From NCBI RefSeq assembly GCF_964204645.1, contig NC_134033.1:1942131-2006130 (forward strand): a stretch of 64,000 nt of DNA, read 5' to 3'. Shown in pieces: positions 39,891-51,973 of this stretch. The DNA is from Tubulanus polymorphus (Eukaryota; Animalia; Nemertea). How positions within the stretch are numbered: position 1 is the stretch's first letter; the number at the start of each line of letters is the position of its first letter. Both the position numbers and the translations under genes were made by a program. Under the pieces are notes generated by a model. The model saw only the letters and a list, made by a program, of their open reading frames with translations, was not told the DNA's origin and searched no databases.

Positions 39891-40020
39891 GGCTGGGTTT
39901 CATTGATATGGAAGAAAATGGTGGAAACAGTTTTAAATTTGTCAGTTATAACCATGGTTTCTCATTGTTACTGTGGTTGTCACACAGATTACTGATACTC
40001 AGTCTATATGAAACCGGGCC
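39891..40020 (+). mobile_element. Second CWG-target MITE (TIR GGCYSGGTTTCAT) abutting MITE A
   Basis: ggctgggtttcat ... atgaaaccgggcc, flanked by CTG on both sides. Confidence 0.65.
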
Positions 40021-40484
40021 CTGCTGTCATCCGGAAGTAAAACCAAAAATACTTTCAATTGAAACCCGCCGAAATTTCTTAGAGGGCCTAGTTTTATAAC
40101 TGTAACGATAATACCTGGTTGATTGATTCCAGAAAATTCCAGCCCTCTCTCTATATCTCTATCTCACTGCTCACAGGTCTCAATCTCACTCACTGTTCAC
40201 AGGTCTATATTATATACATACTATTACATACGATATCTCATATAGTGTTGTTACGCAGCATTATAAACGACTATCAAATAATCAGTTTAACCTAGAGAAC
40301 TATATCGTATTAAACCACTCATGAACGCCTGACGAGAGAACCGATCAAAGTCCCCCCCTCGTAAATAACAACCATTCGTCATCCTTACCCGTCGAACTAT
40401 CAATCAAATTTCAAAATTGTCACTTCTCATGCATCAGCTCGAAACCAGAGATCAGATCGCTGAACTCTGGAATCGTCACATTGT

Positions 40485-40754
40485 TTCATTGCAGTGCGAT
40501 GTACGAATCAGTGATGGATTTTGCTAGTACACCGCACTGCGGTGTATTGATTTAATTAGTTATTAGTAATTATCTCTCTTGAATGATGGCAGCACATGTC
40601 AAACATAGTGAAATACTAGTAACTAACGATACACTGCGTCGCGGTGTAGACGCACTATAGTGGTATTCCCGTTATTCAACACACTAGGGTGGAATTTTTT
40701 TTTAATTTCAAATCTCCAGCACTATAGGGTATTAACTAGTCAGCACTGAAAGGG
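40485..40754 (+). mobile_element. piggyBac-like MITE, 5'-truncated
   Basis: Ends gcactgaaaggg|ttaa; internal similarity to the 29563 copy. Confidence 0.75.
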
Positions 40755-41063
40755 TTAAATGTCTTGATGTAATTATTCTATGTCCTCCGAGATGGTTTGT
40801 CTAGGTCTGTGCGTATTAATTATTCTTAGTCTCCTGTCATGTCACTACTCGTCACCTTTTTTCTTACATCAATTTATTTGTTTCTACTCGTCTTGTAACC
40901 AATGTAGATAAATAGTTTATGTGTAAAATAAAGATCAATCAGTTTTGTTGTCCAAACTGGAACGTTCATTCGTCATTTCATCCGGATTTTCCGATATCGA
41001 CCATTCTTCGAGAATAGGACTAAATTTACAACTGTGGAACTGGGCCCACGGTATTTCAGATCT

Positions 41064-41082
41064 ACAGCGCCCCCTTGTGGTG
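41064..41082 (-). promoter_or_regulatory. Isolated consensus CTCF-like site (CCACAAGGGGGCGCTG) just inside the intron after the 81-nt exon
   Basis: Plus strand reads cagcgcccccttgtggtg. Confidence 0.45.
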
Positions 41083-41093
41083 AGAATACTCAC

Positions 41094-41174
41094 GTAATGA
41101 TACGGTCGACGTATTGTCGGGATTTGTTGCGACTCGTCGTCGTATTGTCTTCGATATCAACGCTTAACTGATGA
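41094..41174 (-). CDS. IQCJ: 81-nt IQCJ-like exon ((N)HQLSVDIEDNTTTSRNKSRQYVDRII(T))
   Basis: tttatttacag|T ... AC|gtgagt, phase 2-2. Resembles human IQCJ [11 protein letters not shown] with the same recalled exon length. Confidence 0.85.
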
Positions 41175-41639
41175 CTGTAAATAAAAAATAGAAAACATCT
41201 TAAAAAATCAAATCCATCCTCGATCAAAGATATTGATAGAAATTTGTTTGCAATAAACTTAAAAATGAAATTCATTCAGAAAAGAATTACATTTCTTTCA
41301 CTAATAACTTAACTGATGACTGTAAATAAAAAATACAAAACATCTTCAAATCAACATCTTCAATCCCGGATCAAAAACTTCGATACAAATTTGTTTGGAA
41401 TTAACTTAAATTTTTCGCTTATAAAAATGTGGGTAAACAGGGTCTAGAGCATTGGTTAGAATTCGACTTTTTATTAGTTTGAAAACCTGAAAATGAACTC
41501 ATTTTAAACTAAACCATATGGAACTGAGTTCTATGTTACAATCAGTGGTAATCAATATAATTTGGTCTCAATTTATTTTCTCTTAGGGATCTGGGTCCAG
41601 TATAACTGTGGAATTTATATGTGCAAAAGCGTCGATATG

Positions 41640-41950
41640 GATCGTTAACTGTGGATCTGGGTTCAGTAACTGTGGAACTGGGTTCAGAACTGTGGATCTG
41701 GGTTCAGAACTGTGGATCTGGGTTCAGAACTGTGGAGCTGGGTCTAAAACTGTGGAACTGGGTTCAGAACTGTGTAACTGAGTCCAGTAACTGTGGAACG
41801 GGGTTCAGAACTGTGGAACTGAGTGCAGTAACTGTGGAACTGGATTGTGAACTGTGGAACTTGGTTCACGAACTGTGGAACTAGGTTCACGAACTGTGGA
41901 ACTGGGTTCACTAACTGTGGAACTGGGTTCACTAACTGTGGAACTGGGTT
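41640..41950. repeat. 20-bp satellite (aactgtggaactgggttcag)
   Basis: Same family as 19515-20145. Confidence 0.9.
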
Positions 41951-42054
41951 TCATTGCTAAGTGATTGGAAATTAACTATCAGCCTGGTGGAACCATTTTC
42001 AGATCTAACGTTTGCCTGTAATATGAGCCACTATCAGTGCATATCAGACTGTAA

Positions 42055-42057
<3 letters not shown>

Positions 42058-42116
<59 letters not shown>
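42058..42116. repeat. (CAG)~19 microsatellite, intronic
   Basis: Direct reading. Confidence 0.95.
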
Positions 42117-42118
<2 letters not shown>

Positions 42119-42491
42119 CTCTCTACTGACTGCCATCTGTCAAATTGATGGGAGATATATTCAAGGTCAGTCAACCTGCATACCAGTTGACTATCTAGTG
42201 GTTTAACCCAATAGCACCTGTAAATCTGTTCCAGTTTTCAGACAAGCTTAAGATTCATATCCGGTATAATATAGAGTTCAGGGGCCAGTCTAAAAACCAA
42301 TCTAACAACTTAAGACAAGTCTAAGCTCATTTTGGTTCTATAACCAATCTAACAACTTAAGACCAGTCTAAGCTCATTTTAGTTCTATAACCAATCTAAC
42401 AACTTAAGACTAGTCTAAGCTCATTTTGGTTCTATAACCAATCGAACAACTTAAGACCAGTCTAACGAGTTGATCAGGGAATGATAGCCAA

Positions 42492-42720
42492 TTGTTAGTG
42501 AATAGAGTCCCCTCACACCTGACAGGTGACACTACACAGCTGACTGGTCACACATACCGACCTGATAAACTTTCAAACTCAGTCATTCACCACAGTTCTG
42601 TGGTCTAGTGGTAGGACACAGGGTTTACAAACTGGAGACCCAGGTTCAAATCCCGATGAGGACATTACCAGGCCATGGATGGGAAGAACTGTATATTGGA
42701 GAATTTTGAAAAAAATAATT
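42492..42720 (+). mobile_element. tRNA-derived dispersed repeat, copy 3
   Basis: A and B boxes plus the shared upstream block. Confidence 0.6.
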
Positions 42721-43104
42721 TTGTTTTAAACATTTTTTTTTTAGTAAAAAGAAATTCCCCGAAGAACATGAGCGACCCACCCTGTTTTAGATCAAGATTC
42801 AAGACTAGAATAAACCCATCTTAATTCCGATCAAACAACTCAAAGACCAGTCCTGGAGGATTTAAAACCTCTTTTGTGCCGTTGGTTTCATGGGTTCGAT
42901 GATATTTCGGTGAATTTTTCCATAAAATGCAATTCTCATCGGTTTATAAACAGTGAATGTAAACAGAACCCCGGTGAACGGTGACTTCATCCATGAGGTA
43001 TTTTGATGAGCGCGCGTGTGGTTTATCTATCGCGAAGAGTAAGGTTTTTTCAAACGCGTTATTTCGGTCCAGAGAGAAGGCCTCGTAATCCTCACTCAGT
43101 AACA

Positions 43105-44107
43105 ATCTCTCTCTCTCCCTCTCACTCTCCCTCTCCTCTCCCTCTCCCTCTCCTCCCTCTCTCTCCTTCCCCTCTCCCTCTCCCTCTCCTCTCTCCTTCC
43201 CCTCTCCCTCTCCTCTCTCCCTCTCTACCTCCCTCTCTCTCCCTCTTCCTCTCCCTCTCACTCTCCTCTCTCTCTCTCTCCTTCCCCTCTCCCTCTCCTC
43301 TCCCTCTCTCTCCTTCCCCTCTTCCTCTCCCTCTCCTCTCTCTCCTTCCCCTCTCCCTCTCCTCTCTCCCTCTCTACCTCCCTCTCTCTCCCTCTTCCTC
43401 TCCCTCTCACTCTCCTCTCTCTCTCTCTCCTTCCCCTCTCCCTCTCCTCTCCCTCTCTCTCCTTCCCCTCTTCCTCTCCCTCTCCTCTCTCTCCTTCCCC
43501 TCTCCCTCTCCCTCTCCTCTCTCCTTCCCCTCTCCCTCTCCTCTCCCTCTCTCTCCTTCCCCTCTCCCTCTCCTCTCCCTCTCTCTCCTTCCCCTCTCCC
43601 TCTTCCTCTCCCTCTCCTCTCTCTCCTTCCCCTCTCCCTCTCTCCCTCTCTACCTCCCTCTCTCCCTCTCCTCTCTCCCTCTCTACCTCCCTCTCTCCCT
43701 CTCCTCTCCCTCTCTCTCCTTCCCCTCTTCCTCTCCCTCTCCTCTCTCTCCTTCCCCTCTCCCTCTCCTCTCTCTCCTTCCCCTCTCCCTCTCCCTCTCC
43801 TCTCTCCTTCCCCTCTCCCTCTCCTCTCCCTCTCTCTCCTTCCCCTCTCCCTCTCCTCTCCCTCTCTCTCCTTCCCCTCTCCCTCTTCCTCTCCCTCTCC
43901 TCTCTCTCCTTCCCCTCTCCCTCTCCTCTCTCCCTCTCTACCTCCCTCTCTCTCCCTCTTCCTCTCCCTCTCACTCTCCTCTCTCTCTCTCTCCTTCCCC
44001 TCTCCCTCTTCCTCTCCCTCTTCCTCTCTCTCTCTCCTTCCCCTCTCCCTCTCCTCTCTCTCTCCCTCTCCTCTCTCTCTCTCCCTCTCCTCTCTCCTCT
44101 CTCTCTG
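43105..44107. repeat. ~1-kb homopyrimidine (CT-rich) tract
   Basis: Almost exclusively C and T on the + strand. Confidence 0.95.
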
Positions 44108-44621
44108 CAGCCTTAACATGCTGATACAAGAGATCGAACATATTTTCCGCAGATTTAAAAAGCAATTTCGATTATCTTACATCGCGCAACTCGCTTCCAC
44201 ATGTAAAGTTCTTCTTCGAGTTTGTAAAACAATGAAAATATACCGAATTTAACTCCACAAGTCAAAATTCTAATCCATGTTCCAATCATGGCTTAAGATC
44301 TATTTTGGTTCTATAACCAATCTAACAACTTAAGACCAGTCTAAGCTCATGTTGGTTCTATAGCCAATCTAACAACTTAAGACCAGTCTAAGCTCATTCG
44401 GGTTCTATAACCAATCAAACAACTTAAGACCAGTCTAAGCTCATGTTGGTTCTATAACCAATCTAACAACTTAAGACCAGTCTAAGCTCATGTTGGTTCT
44501 ATAGCCAATCTAACAACTTAAGACCAGTCTAAGCTCATTCGGGTTCTATAAACAATGTAACAACTTAAAACCAGTCTTACGATTAAGGCCACTTCGGACA
44601 AATCGATATTTCAACACTTAC

Positions 44622-44686
44622 TTTCCGACTAGAAGTTCCCCTTCATCCACTTGCTGCATCGTTTTTTCCAGTCTCATGGCTTCTTC
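44622..44686 (-). CDS. IQCJ: 65-nt IQCJ-like exon (EEAMRLEKTMQQVDEGELLVG(N))
   Basis: ttttgtag|GAA ... GGA AA|gtaagt, phase 0-2. Aligns without gaps to recalled human [21 protein letters not shown](N). Confidence 0.85.
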
Positions 44687-45949
44687 CTACAAAACATAGA
44701 CGCAATCAAAAAATCAAACGAATTAAAAAATATGAACCTCAAAATCGATTCGAATTTGAAACTTTCACAATTTTAGTCAAATTATTCCCGTCGTTACATA
44801 AACTATAAATTCCTAATTTTTTCCAAATATTTCACGGGTGTTTTTTTTTCATTTTCGAGAAAACTTGCCGGATAAAGTTGCCCTCGTTAAGGTGCCAATT
44901 GCTGAAAAGTTGGTTAAAGCTAACCGATGGATATATGCCAAAGTAACGATGAATTTTTTCATTGTCGCTATGTCAACTATCCGCCGGTAAACTGTAAGCA
45001 ACTTTTCAGCAACTGACCCGTGGTCAATAGCGACATCTGAATTCCCAAGTTTTCAAAGTTTTTTTTAAATTTGGCAAATTCCCTGGGGAGTTTTCCGTGA
45101 TTTAATACTAGATTTTTCTGATTGCCGGAGTTTCCCAGGTTTTCCACATCAGTGGCGCCACCTTGATTCAGTAAGTATACGTACCTGTTCGTATCGCTCG
45201 TACAACAATGACAGGTAGTATTTACGCGCGGCGTAACCACGGTAACTCGCTTGGATACGAATGGCGGCTCGCGTCTCGCGCGACTCGTTGTCGAGGACCT
45301 GCGCGAAAGATAAACGACGTAAACGGATTAGAAACGCGGATGCGACGACGACGAGACCGGCTATTAGGGGTAATTGTATGAGGCGCCACCACAGGGTGGT
45401 TGCGTGTGACTACACGATCCCTACGTCAATATAAGGAGTTTTCAAGGAGAAAATCTTAAGGAAGTGTCTGCATCACTTCTATACTCCATATTACAGCAGT
45501 CTCCTCCTAAATCAGTGCTGTTTATCTCAGTAAACCATTAATTCAGAGGTTTTATAAACAAATTTTTATTCTTTGAACTAACTAAACTTGGATTCTAATT
45601 TGGCAAACGCCAATTGAGCGAAACAATAACCAGTTCCCAATGGTATCGATTTAGGTGTAGTTTACTGTACAACTACCTATTTTCAAAAAGATGACTGCCT
45701 CTAAAATCCCCCTATGACATCATTAAATTGCTTACAGCGATCTGATCTATCAACCTTTCTAGGAAAAATCGCCGAAAACTATATTGTTTTAATAGTATCA
45801 TATTTCGTTTAATTAGAATGAATAAGAATGATGAGATTATTTCTATAAAGCGATCAGTCATCAGTGTCAACGCAATTACAGCGAATTTCAATCAAATTCG
45901 CATGAAATTTTCAACGACAAAAACTAATGCACGCTCGCGTAATTGAAAT

Positions 45950-46270
45950 AAATCCGTCAACTCCAATCTGCGTATGAAATCCGTCTGCTCCGATCTGTGA
46001 ATGAAATCCGTCTGCTCCGATCTGTGTATGAAATCCGTCTGCTCCGACCTCTGTTTAAAATCCATCTGCTCCGACCTCCGTTTTAAAATCCGTCTGCTCC
46101 GACCTCCGTATGAAATCCGTCTGCTCCGACCTCCGTTTAAAATCCATCTGCTCCGACCTCCGTTTAAAATCCATCTGCTCCGACCTCCGTTTAAAATCCA
46201 TCTGCTCCGACCTCCGTTTTAAAATCCGTCTGCTCCGACCTCCGTTTGAAATCCGTCTGCTCCGACCTCA
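45950..46270. repeat. ~27-28-bp minisatellite (aaatccgtctgctccgacctccgttt), ~11 copies
   Basis: Direct tandem repeat. Confidence 0.9.
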
Positions 46271-47149
46271 GTATGAATGCGATCGAGACATTGAGTTCAG
46301 TCTCTTTCCGAGGTCGGTGCAACAACCGATGAATTCTGGTCACGTATTCAAATTGATCGAAATCAGCAAATTTCGTAAAACTCGTGACCGGAGACAAAAC
46401 GGCTTCGAACGAAAACAATAAATTCAAACATCTCGCTCGTCCACCGGGGATTAATCAAACCAGAGAAGAACCATCAACTGAGAAATTGAGGAAACGAACC
46501 CTTTACTCCGGTTCGCTGAGGGACTGATGAAAGATTTAAAGCTTATATCAGAGATATGGCAAAACCCAAAATAACCCGAAGAAAATGGCGATGCCAAAAG
46601 AAACGAAGGTCGATGGCTGCTCGTACCAGAGCTAGAACGCTTCATTTGATCGCTCGGATCAATTGGAAAACTCGCGTATGTCAGCAATTAAAAATAACCG
46701 GAAATCCGTTTAAAAACGGAAAACTCTGTTACATTTACAGCGCTGTTTTATGAAACTTAAAATCGGTTCAAGTTTGAATTGCTGTCCTCTAGTTGTAACC
46801 AAAAATTTGAGTTTAACATTTTTGAGAAACTCAGTAGAAGGGGGCCGTTTGACGACATCATTGGCGAATCCGATATATAATAGCCCCTCAGAATCGCAGA
46901 AAGCTTTATAGCAGTTTGTACTGCACTGATTGAATGATCAGATATATATGACTATATCTGTCTCTCCTTGATCAGAACGACTTGAATGATGCGTATTATG
47001 AATAGAAGAGATGAATATGATTAAATTAACTATAGATGATTAACTAACTGCACTACTCTCTACTCAGTCAGTGTGAATACTACTAATTATATATATTTCA
47101 TATTGACTATCAGATCCATAGTAATATCTCACTGACAAGTATACCAAGG

Positions 47150-47465
47150 ACACCACAAGTCAACCAATGACTCCACAAGTATACCAATGACTCCACCGTC
47201 CAGCAATAACTTCATGGGTTCTAGCAATGACTCCACAAGTCTAGCACTGACTTTAGGAGTCTAGCAATGACTATGAGGGTGGTCCGACAATGACTTCATG
47301 AGTCCAGCCATGACTTCACAAGTCTAGCAATGATTTAAGGGAGTCTAGCAATGACTTTAGGAGTCTAGCAATGACTATGAGGGTGGTCCGACAATGACTT
47401 CATGAGTCCAGCCATGACTTCACAAGTCTAGCAATGACTTTAGGAGTCTAGTAATCACTCTACGA
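47150..47465. repeat. ~20-bp degenerate tandem repeat (agtctagcaatgact...)
   Basis: Direct reading. Confidence 0.8.
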
Positions 47466-47859
47466 GAGTCATAGCCCCAGGTAATTCAAGTCAACACAGA
47501 TGACTGCACTCACAGATTCCTCCTCTGGCAGGCGAGGCGATGAAAGAAGGTATTTAAGAATTACGCGATAAATAACAAAGAGTTAAAAGCGTAATAGTTT
47601 CAGCAGCTCTCACACACACACACAGTTCAGCATCAGGAATGTTTGAATCAATGCCAGTAACCCGCTATTAGCTATACGTATCATGATGCTTGCCAAAAAC
47701 TCTCAACATCTACGTAACTGCCTTCAATAGGATGACCGCCTCCACAACCTGCTGTTAGCTACAGATAGCGGTGCTCGCCAAAAACTCAATATCAAACTAA
47801 ACTACCCACAATAAGACGACCGCCTAGCATATCAACTTATTAATCTAAAATATCCTCTT

Positions 47860-48210
47860 CCAGAATAGATGACTGCTACCATAAATCCCCCTATGACATC
47901 ATCAAATTGACCTAGACCCGTCCACAATAGATGCTTGCCTCAATCAATCCCCCTGTGACATCAAATTGACCTCAGCCCATCCAGAATAGATTACAGCCTC
48001 CATCAATCCCCCTATGACATCATCAAATTTATCTAAGAGATGCTTCTCCAGAATGAATGACTGCCACCGTCAATCCCCCTATGACATCATCAATTTGAAG
48101 ACCCATCCAGAAGAGTTTACTGCCACTGTCAATCCCCCTATGACATCGAGTTGATGTAAATACCCATCTATAATTAGATGGTTGACTGTCTCCATCAATC
48201 CCCCTGTATC
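47860..48210. repeat. ~60-bp tandem/dispersed repeat (atccccctatgacatcatcaaatt)
   Basis: Also at ~45705, ~51678 and 52015-52255. Confidence 0.8.
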
Positions 48211-48512
48211 TACAATATCAGCCTTAAGTAACAGTCTCATGAAACTGACCACAATACTGCAGTCCGGTCAATAAGACTATGGTCAGTCAGTATGGTGGTC
48301 AGTTCACCGTGACCAACTGGTCAATCAAATCGGTCCGATTTCATTAGACGTATCAACGAACCGACCAGACCTGAACTAACTATATAATAACGAGCTACAC
48401 GCGGTTCACATAGAACCAACAGATTACGCCTTGCGATTCAAATACATTCATTCAGTCAACTTCGCACAACTCTGACCAAAATATCAGACCACCTAGTATC
48501 AGTCTTAATCAA

Positions 48513-48803
48513 TCCTTTCAGTGCGTCTACACCACAGTGCGGTGTATGAATCGGTGATGGACTTTGCTAGTACTCCGCATGGCCGTGTAATGTAATAAGT
48601 AATCAGTTTTTATCTCTATTATTGAAAGATGGCAGCACCGGTCAAACGTAGTGAAATACTAGTAACTAACGATACACCGCACCGCAGTGTAGACGCACTA
48701 AAGCGGCGTGCCATTATTCAACACAACTGGTATGGAATTTCTTTTCATCTCAAATATTTCATCTCCAGCATTTTCAGGTACAAATTAGTCAGCACTGAAA
48801 GGG
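48513..48803 (+). mobile_element. piggyBac-like MITE copy
   Basis: tcctttcagtgcg ... gcactgaaaggg; degenerate TSD. Confidence 0.75.
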
Positions 48804-49174
48804 TTTAGTAAGTCCAAGGGTCAGATGTATGAACTCTGGAATTCGATCATTTTTTCACATCCTCACGATAAGTGCAGAGTTTCCCGCACGTTCGAGCGGA
48901 GGGGGGCGGGGGACGACGTTTCACCGTTTTCGATGAACATTTGCGACGTCCGCGGAAAATCTGACGCGTGAAACGAGATTTCTATAGATCATCATCAATC
49001 GATAAATCAATGACACACGAGAGATCACGAGAGATGATGAAAATTGGTCTAAAGGAATCGATAACGTGTCCTTTAATTATCGATCGTCGAAGACCAACGA
49101 GGAATCAACGCGACCTTCAAACTGGCAAGGTGCTCCGCGAGGTGGTTGTTCTGTACTGGTTAGCTGACAATCAG

Positions 49175-49282
49175 GGTCCAGTTCCGCAATTTCAAGTTAA
49201 GATTTAACTCTTGAGTTAACCGATTGAAAATGAACTAACTTTAACTCAGAGTAACTCTAACTCGCAACTGTGGAACTGGGTC
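49175..49282 (-). mobile_element. MITE B (108 bp, TIR GGTCCAGTTCC), CAG TSD
   Basis: CAG at 49172-49174 and 49283-49285; reverse copy of 52843-52950. Confidence 0.75.
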
Positions 49283-49880
49283 CAGTAGGTTGAGAACCTG
49301 CGGGGGTCAATTGCGGACTGCTCCTAACTAGCTGTTCAGAACTCCTGATGTTGGGCTGCAACTGAGTTCCTAACTGTGTTGAATAGCACCTGTGCTTAAC
49401 AACTAAACTACCTATGAAGCACCTGTGCTACTTTAAAAGCCCAATGATCCATATTATATGAAGTTAAATAATCAAGGCCATAAGGAAAACTTGGATAGAC
49501 AACATCAAAGAGTGGACCGGTCTCACAACATCACAACTGCTGCCAGCTGCCCCTAGACAATCTTAGATCACGGGCCATAGATAGATAGAGATATCTAAGT
49601 GCTAATAATGGAGCGGCCCGTGGGGGTCAGATTTGACCCATCCCCATAAACTATGTCAATGTGAAAATAAATCCTAGAATAATGTTGATTTGTGATAAAG
49701 GGACTGAAAATAAACTAAAACCACGAATGCGCAGTTTGTCCTACGGCTTGGGTTCCTGAGGGTTAAAACCTATGAAGACCGATTTTATCCCGAGTCTATT
49801 TATTCGATGAACTAGTTTTAAAAGTCTTAATCCAGCTCTATCTAAAAGTCTTAGATCAAAGCTCGGTGAAAAAATGTGAT

Positions 49881-50180
49881 CAGCTGGTATTGTTGGTGAA
49901 TTGGTTCACCTCACAACTGACTGGTCACCACTGGTCACCACACACCTGACGGGTCATTTCACAGGTGACTGGTCACCACAGCTGACAAGACAAACTTACA
50001 AACTCGCTAATTCACCACAGTTCTATGGTCTAGTGGTAGGACACTGGCTTAGAAAGCAGGAGACCCAGGTTCAAATCCCGGTGGGGCTTGGTTTGGGGTC
50101 AGAGAAATCCTGGTGGGGCCAGGGTGAGGGGAGACCTGTAGATCTAGGAATTTTGATAAAAGAAAAAGAAAAATTTTTTT
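49881..50180 (+). mobile_element. tRNA-derived dispersed repeat, copy 4
   Basis: TGGTCTAGTGG ... GGTTCAAATCC with the shared upstream block. Confidence 0.6.
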
Positions 50181-51111
50181 TCGACCCAATTGTGAGTTCA
50201 ATTTGACTCTCAAGTCAAAATCAGTTCATTTCCGATTTTAACACGAGAGTCAAATTCATACCCACAACTGGGTCGGTCCCCAGATCCTGACAGACAGCTC
50301 CACAACGCATTTATAGCCTACCTTTAATCAAACACTTATCCCTGAGTAAGCAATAATCCTCTTAAACACTGATCTATAATAATATTCCTGAGCGACGAGC
50401 GAGATATGATTTCCGCATTTTCAAAAACTCACAAACGGACGGAAAATTGAAATCATCAATGAATCGCGTTCACCGGTGCAGGCCGAGCGTCTGCGGCTAA
50501 CTTTAGCGTTTTGATTCCCGAATAATAATCCCCATAGCGAACGAGATGCTTTACTCGCGCGCGAGGAGTTTATACTGATTACGTATTGATTCGTCGGTAC
50601 AACCTGCAGCAGCAGCAGCAGCAGCAGCCACTACTCTCGCAGTATTACTGTAACTAGCTCTCTCTCTGAGGGTTACTCGTCGTACTGTAACTGTCTCTGT
50701 CTCTCTCTCCCTCTCCCTCTCTTTCAGAGAATATACTGTAATACCTGACATCTCTCTAATCATCCTGTAGTTTTCACCAGCAATTCGTCATCGGAATTAA
50801 TTGTTTTATTGAAAATGAATGATTCTGATTTTGCGAGTATTTCGATATTGTTGGGAAAATAGTATTCAAGTAACTACTCTCAAATAGTAGTCTTAATCAG
50901 GTCGGAAAATAGGGACAAAGGATGTTTCTGATATCAAAACTAGCGGTTTGAATGAAAATGAACAATGAATCATTTGATTTTGAGAGTATTTTTGATATTT
51001 TTGGGAGTGGTTAAATGAAATTTCTCAAACTATTTTGACAATTTCTATAGCCAATCTAATGACTAAGGACCAGTCAAAGACATTAGTTCTATAGCCAATC
51101 TAACAACTCAG

Positions 51112-51266
51112 GGGCTAGTTGCACAGTCATGACTTAAGTCCAAACGTGGTCTTAAATCTTAAGACTGGTCTTAAGTTGTTAGATTGGTTATAGAACTAAG
51201 TTGGTCTTAGATTGGTCTTAAGTCTAAGTCTAAGCTTAAGTCTAAGTCTGATTATGCAACCGGCCC
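51112..51266 (-). mobile_element. MITE A (reverse) inserted into an older MITE A copy, CAG TSD
   Basis: CAG at 51109-51111 and 51267-51269. The flanks (51040-51108, 51270-51330) are the two halves of a diverged forward copy. Confidence 0.75.
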
Positions 51267-51363
51267 CAGGGCCAATCTCAAGATTTAAGACCATTTTTGG
51301 ACATAATTCACGACTGTGTAACCAGCCTCTGGACCTAATTAAACCATTATCTACTGGACCTCG

Positions 51364-51365
<2 letters not shown>

Positions 51366-51427
<62 letters not shown>
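51366..51427. repeat. (AT)n microsatellite
   Basis: Direct reading. Confidence 0.95.
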
Positions 51428-51428
<1 letters not shown>

Positions 51429-51714
51429 GGGTCATTGCCTGTCGTATAAACGCACGATTTTTTCAAACAATATAGACATTGTGACGACGTCTGCTACGAT
51501 CCGGTTACCATGGTTACACGCTATTATTCCGCACGTCTGCCCGCTAGTAATAATTGGTCGTCGTTGTTTTCATTCTTTTTTTTTAATCGGAATTTTTCAT
51601 AAATGCCCGTTACATAATCGTAGTTTAAATTGACGGAATTGGTGACAACTGTTTAAAAGAAAAATGTCTTGCCTTCATAAACCCCCTTTGACATCGTCAA
51701 AATGCCCGTGTAGT

Positions 51715-51973
51715 CAGGGTCCGATCTAAGCACTTGTCCGATTGCCCGGGACAAGTATATTCTCATAAGGGCAAGTAGGTAATCATAATCACTTGTCCGC
51801 CGGGCTAGTGCAATCATTTATGTCACAAAGCTGTTTTTTTCCCACTCGATACAACGGATCATAGTGCCACCAATCGGACTGCCTGTGTAGGGCAAGTAGT
51901 TTTTGGAGGGGCAAGCAAAATTTCAGAAATGCTTAACCCGGCAAGTGGCTTCCATTCCTTAGATTGAACCCTG
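51715..51973. mobile_element. MITE with CAGGG termini and a 5-bp TSD (GTAGT), possibly hAT5-like
   Basis: TIRs cagggtccgatctaag / cttagattgaaccctg; gtagt at 51710-51714 and 51974-51978. Confidence 0.7.

Noticed and set aside
42594-42663. Possible tRNA gene (and the three related copies)
   Set aside because: Acceptor and anticodon stems pair poorly and differ among copies; treated as a tRNA-derived repeat.
42944-44165. Long ORFs (391, 373, 238 aa) rich in E/R/G or L/S/P
   Set aside because: By-product of the stop-free CT/GA tract; no splice or domain support.
45950-46270. Frequent CGTCTGCT/AGCAGACG words as SMAD elements
   Set aside because: The word is common across the whole window and looks like a compositional signature; no specific evidence of function.
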